Shown: piece by piece, positions 1 to 11,918 of the stretch
Layout: each line of letters starts with the position of its first letter
Numbering within the stretch: position 1 is the first letter of the stretch
NCBI GenBank assembly: GCA_025558095.1
Contig: JAIVFI010000001.1
Location: forward strand, 930,001 to 994,000
Direction of reading: 5' to 3'
DNA: 64,000 bases
Origin: Hyaloraphidium curvatum SAG 235-1
Taxonomy: Eukaryota; Fungi; Monoblepharomycota
Notes under the pieces: generated by a model
Database searches by the model: none
What the model was told of the DNA's origin: nothing
Seen by the model: the letters and a program-made list of their open reading frames with translations, nothing else
Translations under genes and position numbers: made by a program

Positions 1-155
1 ATTGACACCAGCTTCGTGAAAGCTGCCTGAGTGCGCAGCCGCGGTCAACTCAACGTGAACGTGAACACAACAACCGTTCACCCACCCCTCTGCTCGCTCT
101 CCATCTTCGTTTCAGAGTCCGGAAGTGACCTTCTGTTGAGGAATATCACACAGTA

Positions 156-1085
156 ATGGCGGAGGTGGGTTTTCCGAGCGGGATCTGAGGCGAGAGAGCT
201 CATGAAATCGCCGCGACACTCCAACGTGGACGTCGGTTCCCGGGACCTCCTGCGGCCATCGTGCCTTCCAGCATCTCGCTTCGATTTACGGCACCGAAAA
301 GGACAAGGTCAACTGCAGGTGGGCCCTCTTCCGCGCTCGGGAACGGTTCGGGGCGCTCATTCACGCTCCGGCCCAGCTTCTACTTCAAAATCGGGGCATG
401 CCGGCACGGCGACCGGTGCTCGCGGAAGCATGTCCGGCCCAACTTTTCGCAGACGGTCCTGTTGGCGAACCTGTTCCAGAACCCGGCGCACGACCCGTCT
501 TGCACCATGTCGGAGGACGAGATCCAGGAGATGTTCGACAACTTCTTCGAGGACATCTTCATCGAGCTCGCCAAGTACGGCGAGATTGAGGAGATGAACG
601 TGTGCGACAATGTCGGGGACCATCTCGGTGGGCGTCGTGCCTTCCGGCCGCCGTTGGTCTCTTTGCTTACCTTGTCGTCCAGTGGGCAACATCTACATCC
701 GGTACAAGTTCGAGGAGGATGCGCAAAAGGCGGTCGATGCCCTTAACATGCGATTCTATGCCGGGCGGCCAATCTACGCCGAATTGTCGCCGGTCACGGA
801 CTTCCGGGAAGGTTGGTTCTGCGCGCCGAGGTTGCGTCGATCTGAGAACTAACCGCCCTCCTTCCAGCATGCTGCCGACAGTACGAGAACGGAGAGTGCA
901 CGCGTGGCGGGTTCTGCAACTTCATGCACCTCAAACCGGTCACGAAATCCGTGGTCCGGAACCTCTTTGCTTCCCAGCGGGCGTCGCTCAAGATGAAGTC
1001 GGGCGGCCAGTCCCCGCGGTCGCGCAGTCGGTCTCGGGATCGCGGGGACCGGGACCGGGAGAGGGAGCGGGAGTGGCGCGGGTGA
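156..1085 (+). CDS. U2AF1: Splicing factor U2AF small subunit (U2AF35/U2AF1), 5 exons
   Basis: Spliced translation [37 protein letters not shown]...UHM...[31 protein letters not shown] followed by an RS tail; two CCCH fingers; four GT-AG introns. Confidence 0.97.
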
Positions 1086-1121
1086 TTGATGTCGATACCA
1101 ATTGATCCATCTCTGTCTCCC

Positions 1122-1825
1122 CTAGTATTTCCGCGTGTGTGCCCTGCGCCGCGTCAGCGTGTCCGCCACCTCCCAGATTTCCTTTTGGCGTGCCATCTTC
1201 TTTGGTTTTGCGGCCATCCCGGGCCGAAGAGGCGGCATCAGGCCCACCGGGAATCGTCCCCGCTCCAGGAGCAGCTCGTCATGCCGGACCCAGTCCGGCC
1301 ACTGCAGCTCGCTCTCCTGCAGCACATTCTCCTTGTCCGCCAGCCTTTCCCACAGGAGCGTGAATGGCTCGGAAGCCGACCGGTCCTCCTCGGCCGCCTC
1401 CTGGGCCGCGAGAAACACGTCCGAGTGCTCGTGCAGCAGCTCGCACAGGCGCTGCGAGAGCATCCTTGCCCTCGACTGCAGCACGTCCGTGTCCCCCGGC
1501 GGGCGATGGACGGGCAGCCTGACCTTTGCGCCGTGCCTCAGGTTGACGAGGCCGTGAGCCAGCTGGTGGTGGAACCGCTGCGGGGCCGTCAGCAGCATCG
1601 CGGCGCTGAGCCGCACGGGCCACCTGCCTCGACGTCCCACTTGTCCTCGCGGTCCCGCGGCCGCGGCAGGTTGGCTGCGACGAGGAACGGCACCCACTTG
1701 TCGTGGCGCAGCGGCGTGAGCGGGTTGCCGGTCTGCGCCATGTGCATCGCGCGCAGCACGAAGCTGCGGCTGACGATGCACTGGTCGAAGTGCACGTGGC
1801 GGAAGAGGTACACCGGCGAGGCCAT
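1122..1825 (-). CDS. MHR1: Probable mitochondrial Mhr1/mL67 family protein, 2 exons
   Basis: MASPVYLFRH..QCIVS...PLRHDKWVPFLVA and C-terminal LQWPDWVRH resemble Mhr1/mL67 motifs. Frame continuity requires a GC-AG intron at 1578-1627. Confidence 0.65.
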
Positions 1826-1932
1826 CGTGCGGGGGGCGGGGGCGGATGATGAGGGAACCCGCGACGATCAACGATCAACAGTCGCACGAGCGACCGGCCT
1901 GGCCGGGTAGACCACACCCGCGGGCCGCCGCA

Positions 1933-4900
1933 ATGGACATCAGGAACTTCTTCTCCAAAGCGTCGGGCTCGTCGGCAAAGTCCAAGCGCGCCGACGCCGA
2001 CACCGCGGACCTCGATGCCGAAATCAGGGTACGCCGGTCCCCTCCGGCTGCCGCCTCGCCGGACGCGTTCTGACGCGGCCCCGCGTCGCACGCGCGCGCA
2101 ACTCGCAGAAATCGGCCAAGAAGGGGGACGTCGTGGTCCTGACCGGTGCGTGGGAGCGCCGGAGGTGACTGGGCGCGCATCTTACCTCCGTGCCAGACTC
2201 GGACAAGGAGGACGGGTAAGCGGCTGCGGAGCTACGGCGCGCGTTCCGTGCCTGCAAGCATCTTGCCGCAGGGACGCGCGGTCTCCGCCGGCCAAGGCGT
2301 CGAAGAAGCCCAAGAAGGCCGACAGCCCCAGGAAGGAACCCGAGCCGGTCGCCGCGTCGGACTTTTTCGGGGGCAAGAAGGTCCGCCAGATGCCGGCTCC
2401 GCCGCGGAAGGAACGGGACCCCGCATCGGCGCCGCCCGCTGCGGCCAAGGACGCGAAGAAGCGCAAGTCCAAGTCCCCGCAGAAGCCCGCCGAGGCGGTA
2501 GATCTGGACGACTTTGACGACGACTTCGACATCCCCGACGATCTCCTCGATGCGAACAAGTACACCCAGTCGCAGAGCGATTCCCAGGGCGGCGGGTCGC
2601 AGACGGCCCCGGCGCCGAGCAAGCCGCGGTCGGCGACCCCTGCCAAAACACCCAGCCCCGCCAAGGCGGCCGTGGCGAAGCCGTCGCCGGCCGCAACTCC
2701 GGTCAAGGAGACGCCCAAGCCTCCCAAAGCCGCCTCTCCGGCCAAGCGCCCCATAGAGGCGGCCCAGAGCGGAGTCATCGATCTCGACGAACTGGAAGAT
2801 GAGGCGCCGCCGGCAAAGAGGGCCAAGGTGGAGGCTGGACCCCCTGAGGACGGAGGCGGCTCGAAGGGGTCGCAACCTGTGGCCACCGCATCGCCTCAGA
2901 GCGAGTCACCGGGCTCCGCATCGGCGACACCTCAGACGTGGGTTTCTGCGCCTGTGCGGTCGCGTTGGCCCAACGCCAGGTCTCGTTTGTAGATTCTCCC
3001 TTTCCGCCGTTCGGGAACGCCACAAGAAGGGGAGGGACGTTCGGGGCGCCGAAGGGTGCCTCACGGACCTCACGTTCGTCTTCACGGGAGAGTTCGTCAA
3101 CTTCAGCCGGCAGGAGGCGGAGGACATTGTGAAGCGTCACAACGGGTTCGGACTGCTGCTTTCCTGCTTTCGAAGCGTCCTCATTGTGCCTGTTTTCGCA
3201 GGAAGGTGACCAACAACGTCAGCTCCCGGACCAGCTACCTTGTCGTCGGCCTCGAAGGGGGTGTCAAGAAGGTGCTGAAAGCGGACGAGATCCACACCAA
3301 CAAGATGTCGGAGGACGAGTTCATTCGCTTCATCGAAACCGCGCCGCCAAAGAAGGCGAAGCCCCCGACCCCGTCAAAGGGCAAGGGCAAGAAGGCCGCG
3401 CCGGTGCCCGCGGCAAAGAAGAACGACGGCTCCGGGATGCTTTGGACGGACAAGTACGCCCCCAAGTCGTTGGACGATCTCATCGGCAACCCGGGGATCA
3501 AGGAGAAGCTCCAGAAGTGGCTCCGCACGTGGTCGCCGTCGGGAGAGTTCCGGGCCGTCCTGCTGTCGGGTCCGCCGGGCATCGGCAAGACCACCATGGC
3601 GCATTTAGTGGCCAAGACGGAGGGGTTCAACGTGGTCGAGTTCAACGCCAGCGACGCCCGGAGCAAGAAGATTCTGCAGGTGGGTTGCAAATCTTTCGTT
3701 CGCGACAGCTTCGGTTCACACGACCGTGTTTGCTTGCAGACGGTCGTGAGCGGCTTGACGGCGAACCATTCCATGGCCGAGTACCTCGTGGGAAAGAGTG
3801 CGGAGCACGCGGTAGGTCCGTGGCCGCTCGTTCCGCGCCACATCTGATCCACGTGTCATGGCAGCGAGCCAGTGCAGTCACCATTCCTCACAAGACGGTC
3901 GTCATCATGGACGAGGTCGACGGAATGAGCGGCGGCGATCGCGGAGGAAATGGCGAGCTCATCATGATGATCAAGAAGACGCAGGTGCGTGTGTGCGCTG
4001 CAAACGATGGGCTAGTCGTTTGAGCAGCTTTGCAGGTTCCGATTATCTGCATCTGCAATGATCGCCAATCGACCAAGGTGCGCACCCTCAGCAAGTACTG
4101 CATGGACCTCAAGTTCCGCCGGTAAGTGCAGCGCGGTGCGCGTCGTGAAGATACCAGTCGATTAACTGCACCTCCAGGCCGGATGCGGGGCAAGTCATGA
4201 AGCGCCTGCTGCCAATCGCGATGGCGTGCGTCCACTGCCTCCGAAGTCCGGTATTGCCGCCTGATGCCCGAATCCTCCAGAGAGGGACTGGACATCCAGG
4301 GCAACACAATCGAGGAGATTGCCAAAATGAGCCAATCGGACATTCGGCAGGTTCTCAACATGCTCTCCATGTATCGCCTCTCCAAGAGCAAGATGACCTA
4401 CGATCAAGGCAAGGAGCTGTACGTCGTCCAAGTGCAGGGTGCTTTGCCGTTTGTCGCTCACGCAGTCAAACAGGGCCCGGGCAGCCGACAAGCAGCCGAC
4501 ATGGACAATTTGGGACCTGGTGCCCAAGCTGTTTCGGGCGCAAGAGTACGAGCACGCCACCCTGTCCGACAAGATGGAGCTCTACTTCTACGATTACAGC
4601 TTCCTGCCTCTCATGGTCCAGGTCTGTGGGTATAGAAGATTGTGCTTCACCGGTCTTAATCGCCATTTGGCCGCAGGAAAACTACCTGCGTTGCACCCAG
4701 CCTGCCTTGGCTCGTCCTCGACCGGGCCAGCAGGTAACGAACCGGCAAATGGAGGTCAGGTTGATGGAACTTCTAAGCCAGGCCGCGGATTCGATCTCGG
4801 ATGGTGATCTTGTGGACAACGTGATGAGATCGTGCGTTTCTGCCGGTTTGCCCGGATTCACCTTTGACCGTGGTTTCCAGGACCAACAACTGGACGGTCA

Positions 4901-5772
4901 TGCCCCTCCACGCGATCTCGTCTTGCGTGCGGCCTGCTTACTTCATGCACGGAATGATCGGACAGCCGGCATTCCCTTCGTGGGTTCCGCCGCCCCCAGT
5001 CCGCCGAATCGGATCGTTAAACCCCGCGCAGGACCCTGGGGAACATGTCGAAAACGAACAAGAACAAACGGCTCTTAAAGGATCTGCAGCTTCACATGCG
5101 CTTGCACATCTCCGGTGACAAGGACGATGTTCGCCAGTCGTACCTGCCTTCTTTGCTCCCACGGATCACTGTCCCGCTCATTGAACGAGGAAATGTAGGT
5201 TTCGGCGTCTGCTTCCGTTCCTCGCAAGTTGGTGCTCGGTGCTAACTCGATACGCAAAGGATGGGATCGGAGAGGTGATCGACACCATGGATGTGTACTG
5301 GCTGACGAAAGACGACTGGCAATCGGTTCATGATCTGAACCTCGGCGCGGATCAGGTTGCGAAGATTCCCGCCACGGTCAAGTCGGCTTTCACGCGCGAG
5401 TGAGCGTCGGTTTGGGCGGAGCACCTCGTTCGGCGCTTACGTTCTTTTGTCAGGTACAACAAAGCTTCTCATCCGATGCCGTTCATTACCGTTAGCGCGA
5501 CGAAGGTCTCAAACGCCGGGCCGAAGCCCGATCTCGAAGACGTCATTGACCTGGAGGAGGATCTGGCCGAGGAGGAGGGCGAGGACTCGCCGTCGTCCCC
5601 CGCGAGTGGCAGCGACGTGGACGACGCGGAGGCGGACCTGAAGAACGACAAGCTCATCATCGCCAAGAAGGGCGGCAAAGGCGGCGTCAAGCCCGCTGCG
5701 AAAGGCTCGGCGCGAGGGAAGGGGAGCGCTGCCGGCAGTTCGCGGGGCCGGGGTGGGAAGGCAAAGAAGTAG
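1933..5772 (+). CDS. RFC1: Replication factor C subunit 1 (BRCT, AAA+, RFC1 C-terminal), multi-exon
   Basis: MDIRNFF N-terminus; BRCT CLTDLTFVFTG; LWTDKYAP; Walker A GPPGIGKTT; MDEVDGMSGGDRGG; acidic/basic tail. Confidence 0.96.
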
Positions 5773-5823
5773 GCACGAAACTCTCCGACACCAATACCCA
5801 CACCTCTTGTACACTGTCAGAAT

Positions 5824-7969
5824 CTACTGCTGCTGGTTGCTTCCATCCTCCCGAAAAGCGTTGTCGATCACCTGCAGGAAGGAGTCGAACCGACCGAGTG
5901 CGGGCACGGCCTCCTGCGCCACCTCCCCCTGCGATGCATCCACTTCCTTGAGAACGTTGGCCTCACTGCCGCCCATGACGATGCTCGCGAATCCGCTCTT
6001 GATGCCGTCTGCATCGGCAGCCTTCCTGGACCGAAAAGCAGTGACGTTCAGCTCGTGCACAGTTTTCGTCGTGCCCTTCCGTCCCAACTGCCTGTGGGTG
6101 GGTATGGGCGACTCTGGCTGCACGACTGGATATGCCGACGTTGGCGTCGAGGCGATGTTTTGCCAGAGAGCACCCTCGAGTTCTGCTTCCGACGCACGCC
6201 TCTCCTCGTCCGGCAAGTGTGCGTACAGCGAAAGGAGGTCAGAGAGTCCAGAGTTGGGTGAAGTGAGAATTTTTCTCGGCGCCAAAGTCCCGGTTGGTTC
6301 GATTGGGGCCAAGTATGCGGGCGCTTCGGCTGGGCCTGGGACCGACGGCGACGCTGCGTCGAGCGAAGTCTGCGACTGCTTGGACAGCACGTTGACCATT
6401 CTGGGCATCCGCTCGTCGTCGATGCGGTACTTCTTCGTCCGGCGAAGCTCGGGTCCGTTTGCTGGTGATTCATCCTCGACGTCCGACACACTAGTGAAAC
6501 CTTGATCGGCCTCGGAAGTGTGTGTTTCTTTCGTGCCCTGCAGCTGATCGTCCGGCGCAACCGCCTCTTCGACGGAGGATGCAAACGGGTCCGCAAAGCC
6601 TTCGGTCGCCGCCGAATCCGGGATCGGGCTGTTCTTTTTGAGCGAGTTCATCAGGGGCGCCAGAAGAAAGCCCGAGTCCATCCGAGGCACGTCCGCGATC
6701 GAAATCATGAGCTGGTCCTGGTTGACGGTGCGAGCCACGGCCGATGCAAACTCGTCTTCTTTGAGCTGGGCGTGGGAAAGAGTGCTGTTGACGATCGTGC
6801 CGGGGCTAGTCTCCCCATGCTCGGACTCGTCCACGGAGCTGGGGTTCGAACCAATGGAGAAGGCGGTCTGCAGCTTGACCATGGTCGGGACTTGGAGAGC
6901 AGAAGACGAGCCGTCGTCGTCGTCATCAAGCATTGTGATTTCCACGGCGTCGGAGGGCTCCGACGAACGCTCTCCGCGTGCACCGCCGCCGATGTCCTCT
7001 TGCTGATTGCCAAGAGAAGCCAAATGCGCACCTTCATGGAGGGACTTTCCATTGTTTCCGGAGTTCTCGACGTCGCGAGAAATGTCGTCCTTCGGAGATG
7101 GAGTCTCCAGCTGCTGGTAGTCTCCTGCCTTCACGATGACCGATGTCATTTGCTCGGTCCGGAATTCCTCGGGTGCCGGGCGGCGTGTCCGCTGCCACCG
7201 GCGCACGCAGATGACTACGCAGAACAGGATCATTGCCAGTGCGAAGACGCCGCCGATGATCTGAGGGGTACGGTTAACCTGGTGCCCTTTCCCTCGCATG
7301 TGCTGTACGTACGGCTCCGATCAAAACTCCAAGGTTTGTCCCGTTCGTTGCGGTCGTAGGAACTGCCGCAGCTGTTGCACTGTCGGTCGGTGATGAGGAC
7401 GTCCAAGGTTGGCCTGCTGTGGAAGTGCTTGTTGTGCCTTGGGGCAAGGCCGGAGCCGAGACCACCACGGTTGATGCGGTAGCGCGAGACGCATTGCTGA
7501 CTGGTACAGACTTGCTTGACTGCGAGAAGGCCAACGATGTGGCCGTTGGAAGAGCAGGGGCCGCAGGAGTCGACAATGGAGTCCAGAGAGACGTGAGAGC
7601 CGTAGCCGAGAGCATGGAGCTTTGAACCGCAAACAGCGTGCTTTGTACAATGGGCACATCACTTGAGAAGGTAGCGGTTGATACGGCGAGGTCCGTTGCC
7701 GTGGGAACGGCGTCTGTCCAAGAAGCTGCCGGCGCAGAAACGGTGGCGGGAGGAACTTCCGCGGACGACACCGTCAATGGCTCAGGGGTTGAGGCGGTGG
7801 CAGTGACAACTTCAGCGGATTGCGATGCGGAGGCTTGGCCCGAGGTGGGCTCGGACAGGTCGCTCTTCGTTGGCGAGCCCGGAGCAGGCTGTTGGGGTGC
7901 CGAGAACGAGGGCCCGAAAGACGGGTCGACCCATTCGGGAAGCAGGAACTGCCTCCGAACATGTGCCAT
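5824..7969 (-). CDS. Single-pass membrane protein with Ser/Thr/Ala-rich ectodomain and long disordered cytoplasmic tail (Mid2/mucin-like architecture)
   Basis: ORF 7274-7978 (S/T-rich) splices through an intron at about 7261-7313 to a hydrophobic segment LGVLIGA-IIGGVFALAMILFCVVICV followed by RRWQRTRR. No clear signal peptide. Confidence 0.7.
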
Positions 7970-8135
7970 TGCGGTCACGTGGGCGCTATGGCCGCAGAAT
8001 CAGAGCTCCGGCCCGTGTTCTTCCCAGATTCCGGTGTTTGTTTGGGATCATGCGCGGTCGTTCGCCAAGCCGCCCGCAGCGCCACTGTCGCCTCTAGTTA
8101 TGAGAAGCATCGCTTTCACAATCGACGTAAAACAT

Positions 8136-8475
8136 TCAAAAGAAGAATGCGGAGGCCGACTCGGTTCCAGGCTTGCCGTAGACCTGGCCCTTGCGGACCG
8201 GCCGCTTGCGGCCACCCCTCCGCACGCGCACGCGGTAGATGACGTAGCCCTGCTTGGCCTTGTAGCCCAGCCGGCGCGCTTTGTCGGGCCGCGACGGCCG
8301 CGAGGCGCGGTGGATGACGTTCAGCTGCCTGAACTCCCAGCACCGCAGGCGCAGAAGGAAGCGCATGACGTCCGACTGCTTCTTCTTCGCCAGCTGCAGG
8401 TCCCGGTCAGAATCGCCCCGCACCCCGCATCGAGCAGAAAGTCCGCACTTCTTCCATGTATTTGTAGGCACCCAT
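8136..8475 (-). pseudogene. Truncated duplicate of RPL15 (exon 1, intron 1, part of exon 2) ending in an unrelated tail [10 protein letters not shown]
   Basis: 8170-8553 matches 10528-10911 with about 4 mismatches. ATG and intron are intact; homology stops after YGKP. Confidence 0.85.
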
Positions 8476-8553
8476 CGCTGCGAGCCGCTTGCCGGAACGG
8501 CCTCGAAGCTGCTGGCTGCGCAAGCGCACGGCACGGGAGGGCGGTCGCGGGCC
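8170..8553. repeat. 384-bp direct repeat, copy 1 (copy 2 at 10528-10911, offset 2358)
   Basis: Direct comparison; mismatches seen at 8202/10560, 8416/10774, 8470/10828 and 8520/10878. Confidence 0.95.
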
Positions 8554-8679
8554 AACGGGGGTGCGATTTATGGTACACAGTACAACGTTTTACATCCTAG
8601 CTGGTCGTAGTGCCAGATCGCCGCCGTGTGCGCTCTAGATTTGGGGTGTGTTTACGAGGTTGATTCGCCTCACTTGTTC

Positions 8680-9912
8680 ATGCGCCGCTGGGCCGCGGCT
8701 CCCCACCTCCATCGCTCCATTGCATTTTCATCGGCTGCTTTGGGAGGACCGAAGATGACCGATTCTGCATCGGCTGACCCCGCACCTTCCTCGGGCGCGA
8801 GCGCACCTGTGGCGGGCCTAGCCGGCGAGGCGACGGAAGCTCCTCCGGCCAAAGCTAGCGTGGAAACGCAGCCCGGAAAGTCCGGCTCCGATGGCAGGGA
8901 CCTGATTGCTCGCTGCAACGGGGTGTTTGCAGTGAGGAAGCCGGTCGGCTTCACTTCCGCGGACGTCGTCGCGAGGGTGAAGGCCACGCTGGAGCGCCAG
9001 CTGGCCAAGTACCAAGCGCATGGAAGCCACGTGCCAGAGGACGCTCCGGAGGATGGCCAAGGGCGACCGGAGCCGAGGGCAAAGGATGGCAAGCAGAAGT
9101 TCAACCGGCGCCGCAAGGGGAACGACCGGAGCTTCACGCTCAAAGTCGGTCACGGCGGCACGCTGGATCCGCTGGCCTCGGGTTGCTTGGTGATCGGCGT
9201 CGGGACCGGCACCAAGCAGCTCGCGCACTTCCTCTCATGCACGAAGGAATACGTTGCGGACGGGCGGTTCGGCGCGGAGACTGACACCTACGACATCGAG
9301 GGGAAGGTCACTCGTCTGGCGAAGCCACAGCCCGGCGATCCTGTGATCTCCATGGCGAGCGTGGCCCAGTGCTTGGAAAAGTACAAGGGGGAGATCATGC
9401 AGATCCCTCCGCTGTACTCGGCCCTGAAAATGGACGGCAAACGGCTGTGAGGACATTGATGTTATGCGAGAGATCCTGGGCTTACACCCTCGCTTCGCAG
9501 ATACGAGTACGCCCGCGAAGGAAAGCCCCTCCCGGACGGACGGAAGGTCGAGGCCAGGAAGGTGACCGTGGACGAGCTAGAGCTGCTCGAGTTCAGGCCG
9601 TCGCCGGCCGAAGCTGCGAATCCAGGAACGGTACCGCTGGACGCCTTGCATCGAGGGGACGATGCGGACGGTCAGCCCGACATTGCCGCAAAGGACGTTG
9701 TCGGGGCGGAGTTCCAGTGCCGGATCGTCTCGAGCGGCGGCTTCTACGTCAGGTCGCTCATCCACGACGTCGGGCAGGATCTGGGTTCCGCAGCGTTCAT
9801 GACACAGCTGACGCGGACGAGGCAGGGGCGTCTCAAGCTCGAGGATGCTCTGGAAGTGGGCAAAATCGATCTCCAGGAGGTGGTGGACGCCATTGAGCGC
9901 CACAAGGCCTAG
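8680..9912 (+). CDS. PUS4: tRNA pseudouridine-55 synthase (TruB/Pus4), 2 exons
   Basis: KPVGFTS; [16 protein letters not shown]; [23 protein letters not shown]; [13 protein letters not shown]. Intron at about 9447-9500. Confidence 0.95.
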
Positions 9913-10058
9913 GCGGCACCTAGCACGCAGATTCCAAGACGCGCAGAAGTACACGGCACACAGATGGCGAGATGCTCTGTATGGAATAGCAATACAGAGG
10001 CGCAAACTGTGTACATAGCCATCTTGCGGTGCTCTCCACAAAATGGCTCCAAGCGTGT

Positions 10059-10833
10059 TCATCGGTACCTGGAAACGGGCAGACGTGAGCGTTGCTCCGA
10101 ATGGGTGCCAACGATCCACCGACCTCCAGAGACTGAGGGTGTTCCGCCGCTTCCAGTTGGCGTGCCGGCCACCTCCAATCGTCTTGTTGTACCCGTGGCC
10201 CTTGCCAATCCCCCGGTTTTTCTTCCCGGCGGCCGTCAGACCGCGCATCTCGCGGTGCTTCATGACGGGCTTGCAGATCCAGTTGATGCGCGGGTCGCGG
10301 CGGATGGCCTTGTGGTTGGGGTCGACGAGGATGACCTCAAAGAACTTGTAGGTCGAGTCCTGGCTACGGTGTTGGCGCCGCTCGCCGTAAATGCCATACA
10401 AAGACCCACCTGGTTGACCCAGTACGAGTTGAGGACGCGGAGGTTGCCGCACTTGCGGCCCACGCGCTCCTCGGCCACCGACTGGAGCGAGCGCTGGAAC
10501 TTGAGCTGGTTGATACCCTGCGAGCCGGGCTTGCCGTAGACCTGGCCCTTGCGGACCGGTCGCTTGCGGCCACCCCTCCGCACGCGCACGCGGTAGATGA
10601 CGTAGCCCTGCTTGGCCTTGTAGCCCAGCCGGCGCGCTTTGTCGGGCCGCGACGGCCGCGAGGCGCGGTGGATGACGTTCAGCTGCCTGAACTCCCAGCA
10701 CCGCAGGCGCAGAAGGAAGCGCATGACGTCCGACTGCTTCTTCTTCGCCAGCTGCAGGTCCCGGTCAGAATCGTCCCGCACCCCGCATCGAGCAGAAAGT
10801 CCGCACTTCTTCCATGTATTTGTAGGCGCCCAT
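10059..10833 (-). CDS. RPL15: 60S ribosomal protein L15 (eL15), 4 exons
   Basis: [32 protein letters not shown]...[26 protein letters not shown]...NTLSLWR-YR*. Confidence 0.98.
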
Positions 10834-11149
10834 CGCTGCGAGCCGCTTGCCGGAACGGCCTCGAAGCTGCTGGCTGCTCAAGCGCACGGCACGGGAGGGC
10901 GGTCGCGGGCCGACGAGGTGGGACCAGTCGGTGGGCACAAATACCAGGTGTCCGGGAGTTGGCCGGGCGTGCGAATTCCGCAGGAGAACTAGTCAAACAT
11001 CCTCCTCTGCATCGCAACCAAACGCGAGCCCTACGTGAGAAAGGACGCCGCTGGGTGACAGCGACTGGAGAGTGGAGTTGGGAGGGGTGCGCGCCAACCG
11101 CCGGGTCATCATCGAATTCAACCCCACCAACCCTAACGGTCCTCTCAAC

Positions 11150-11842
11150 ATGGCCTCGTCGCTCCGAAGCCGGGTTATTCACACGTACCGAATACTGCTG
11201 AAGGCGCAAAGCGAGGTCTTTGCCGGGGACGCTGCGACGCTGGTGGCGGGACGGATAAAGACGCGGGAGGTCTGTGGCGCCGAGGACTAGTGCCGCGAGA
11301 GGACCGACATGTCTCGGGGCGCCGGCAGGCCTTTCTGAAGAACAGGGAGCTCAATGATGAGGCTCAAATATCTAAGGCATGTCTCGTTGGTCGATCTCGG
11401 ATGCTCTAGAGGCTCACCTGTTTGCCTGCGGACTGCGAACGGCCCCTTCCATTCTGACCCCTGCGGCATCTGGCGACCGCCGATCTCCTCCGATCCCAAA
11501 CGAACGACATCTTACGATGCTGATCTGACTGCATCGCGCGGCTCGGCTCACTTGGCGCCTCGGCACGTGGTTCGGCCGCGCAATCGCCATCCCACCCCCA
11601 TTCCGGCCCCTCAGCTCCTATCCGAGGCAGAGGAGATGGCATTTTTGCTACGGCGAAACGTCGTGCAGGCGGTCAAGGTGAACGAGGACACGTACCGCCT
11701 GAATTTGGACCCCAGCCGGCACGAACTGCGAAACAACGAGGACGACTGGTTGGATAAGGATGGGAAGCCGAAGAAGAAGTCGTGGGAGGACCCGAACTTC
11801 AGCAAACGGAGGCGCCAGCAACAGGCGGCAAAATGTAGCTAG
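11150..11842 (+). CDS. MZM1: LYR-motif Rieske Fe-S protein chaperone Mzm1/LYRM7, 3 exons
   Basis: TYRILLKAQSEVFAGD...KTRE-AFLKNRELNDEAQISK-LLSEAEEMAFLLRRNVVQA. The second intron is GC-AG, 11377-11614. Confidence 0.85.
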
Positions 11843-11918
11843 TCGTTCGATCACTGGCCGTGGGCCGTTGGGCAGCGCCCCGGGTCATCAGTCATCGTTC
11901 GTGATCAAGCATGCAAAC

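Noticed and set aside
1860-1880. Recurring GATCA motif in several promoters
   Set aside because: Too short; its frequency cannot be distinguished from chance without a statistical test.
9577-10701. 374-aa ORF appearing to fuse RPL15 to other sequence
   Set aside because: It reads through introns and runs antisense to PUS4. The spliced RPL15 ends at 10059.
11420-11450. HDV-like ribozyme or TPP riboswitch in the MZM1 intron
   Set aside because: GCGAA is present, but I could not find the P1/P2 pseudoknot partners, and the TPP CUGAGA motif is absent.
11354-11842. Alternative 162-aa ORF reading through MZM1 intron 2
   Set aside because: It lacks the LYR motif, and open frames of this length are common at this GC content.
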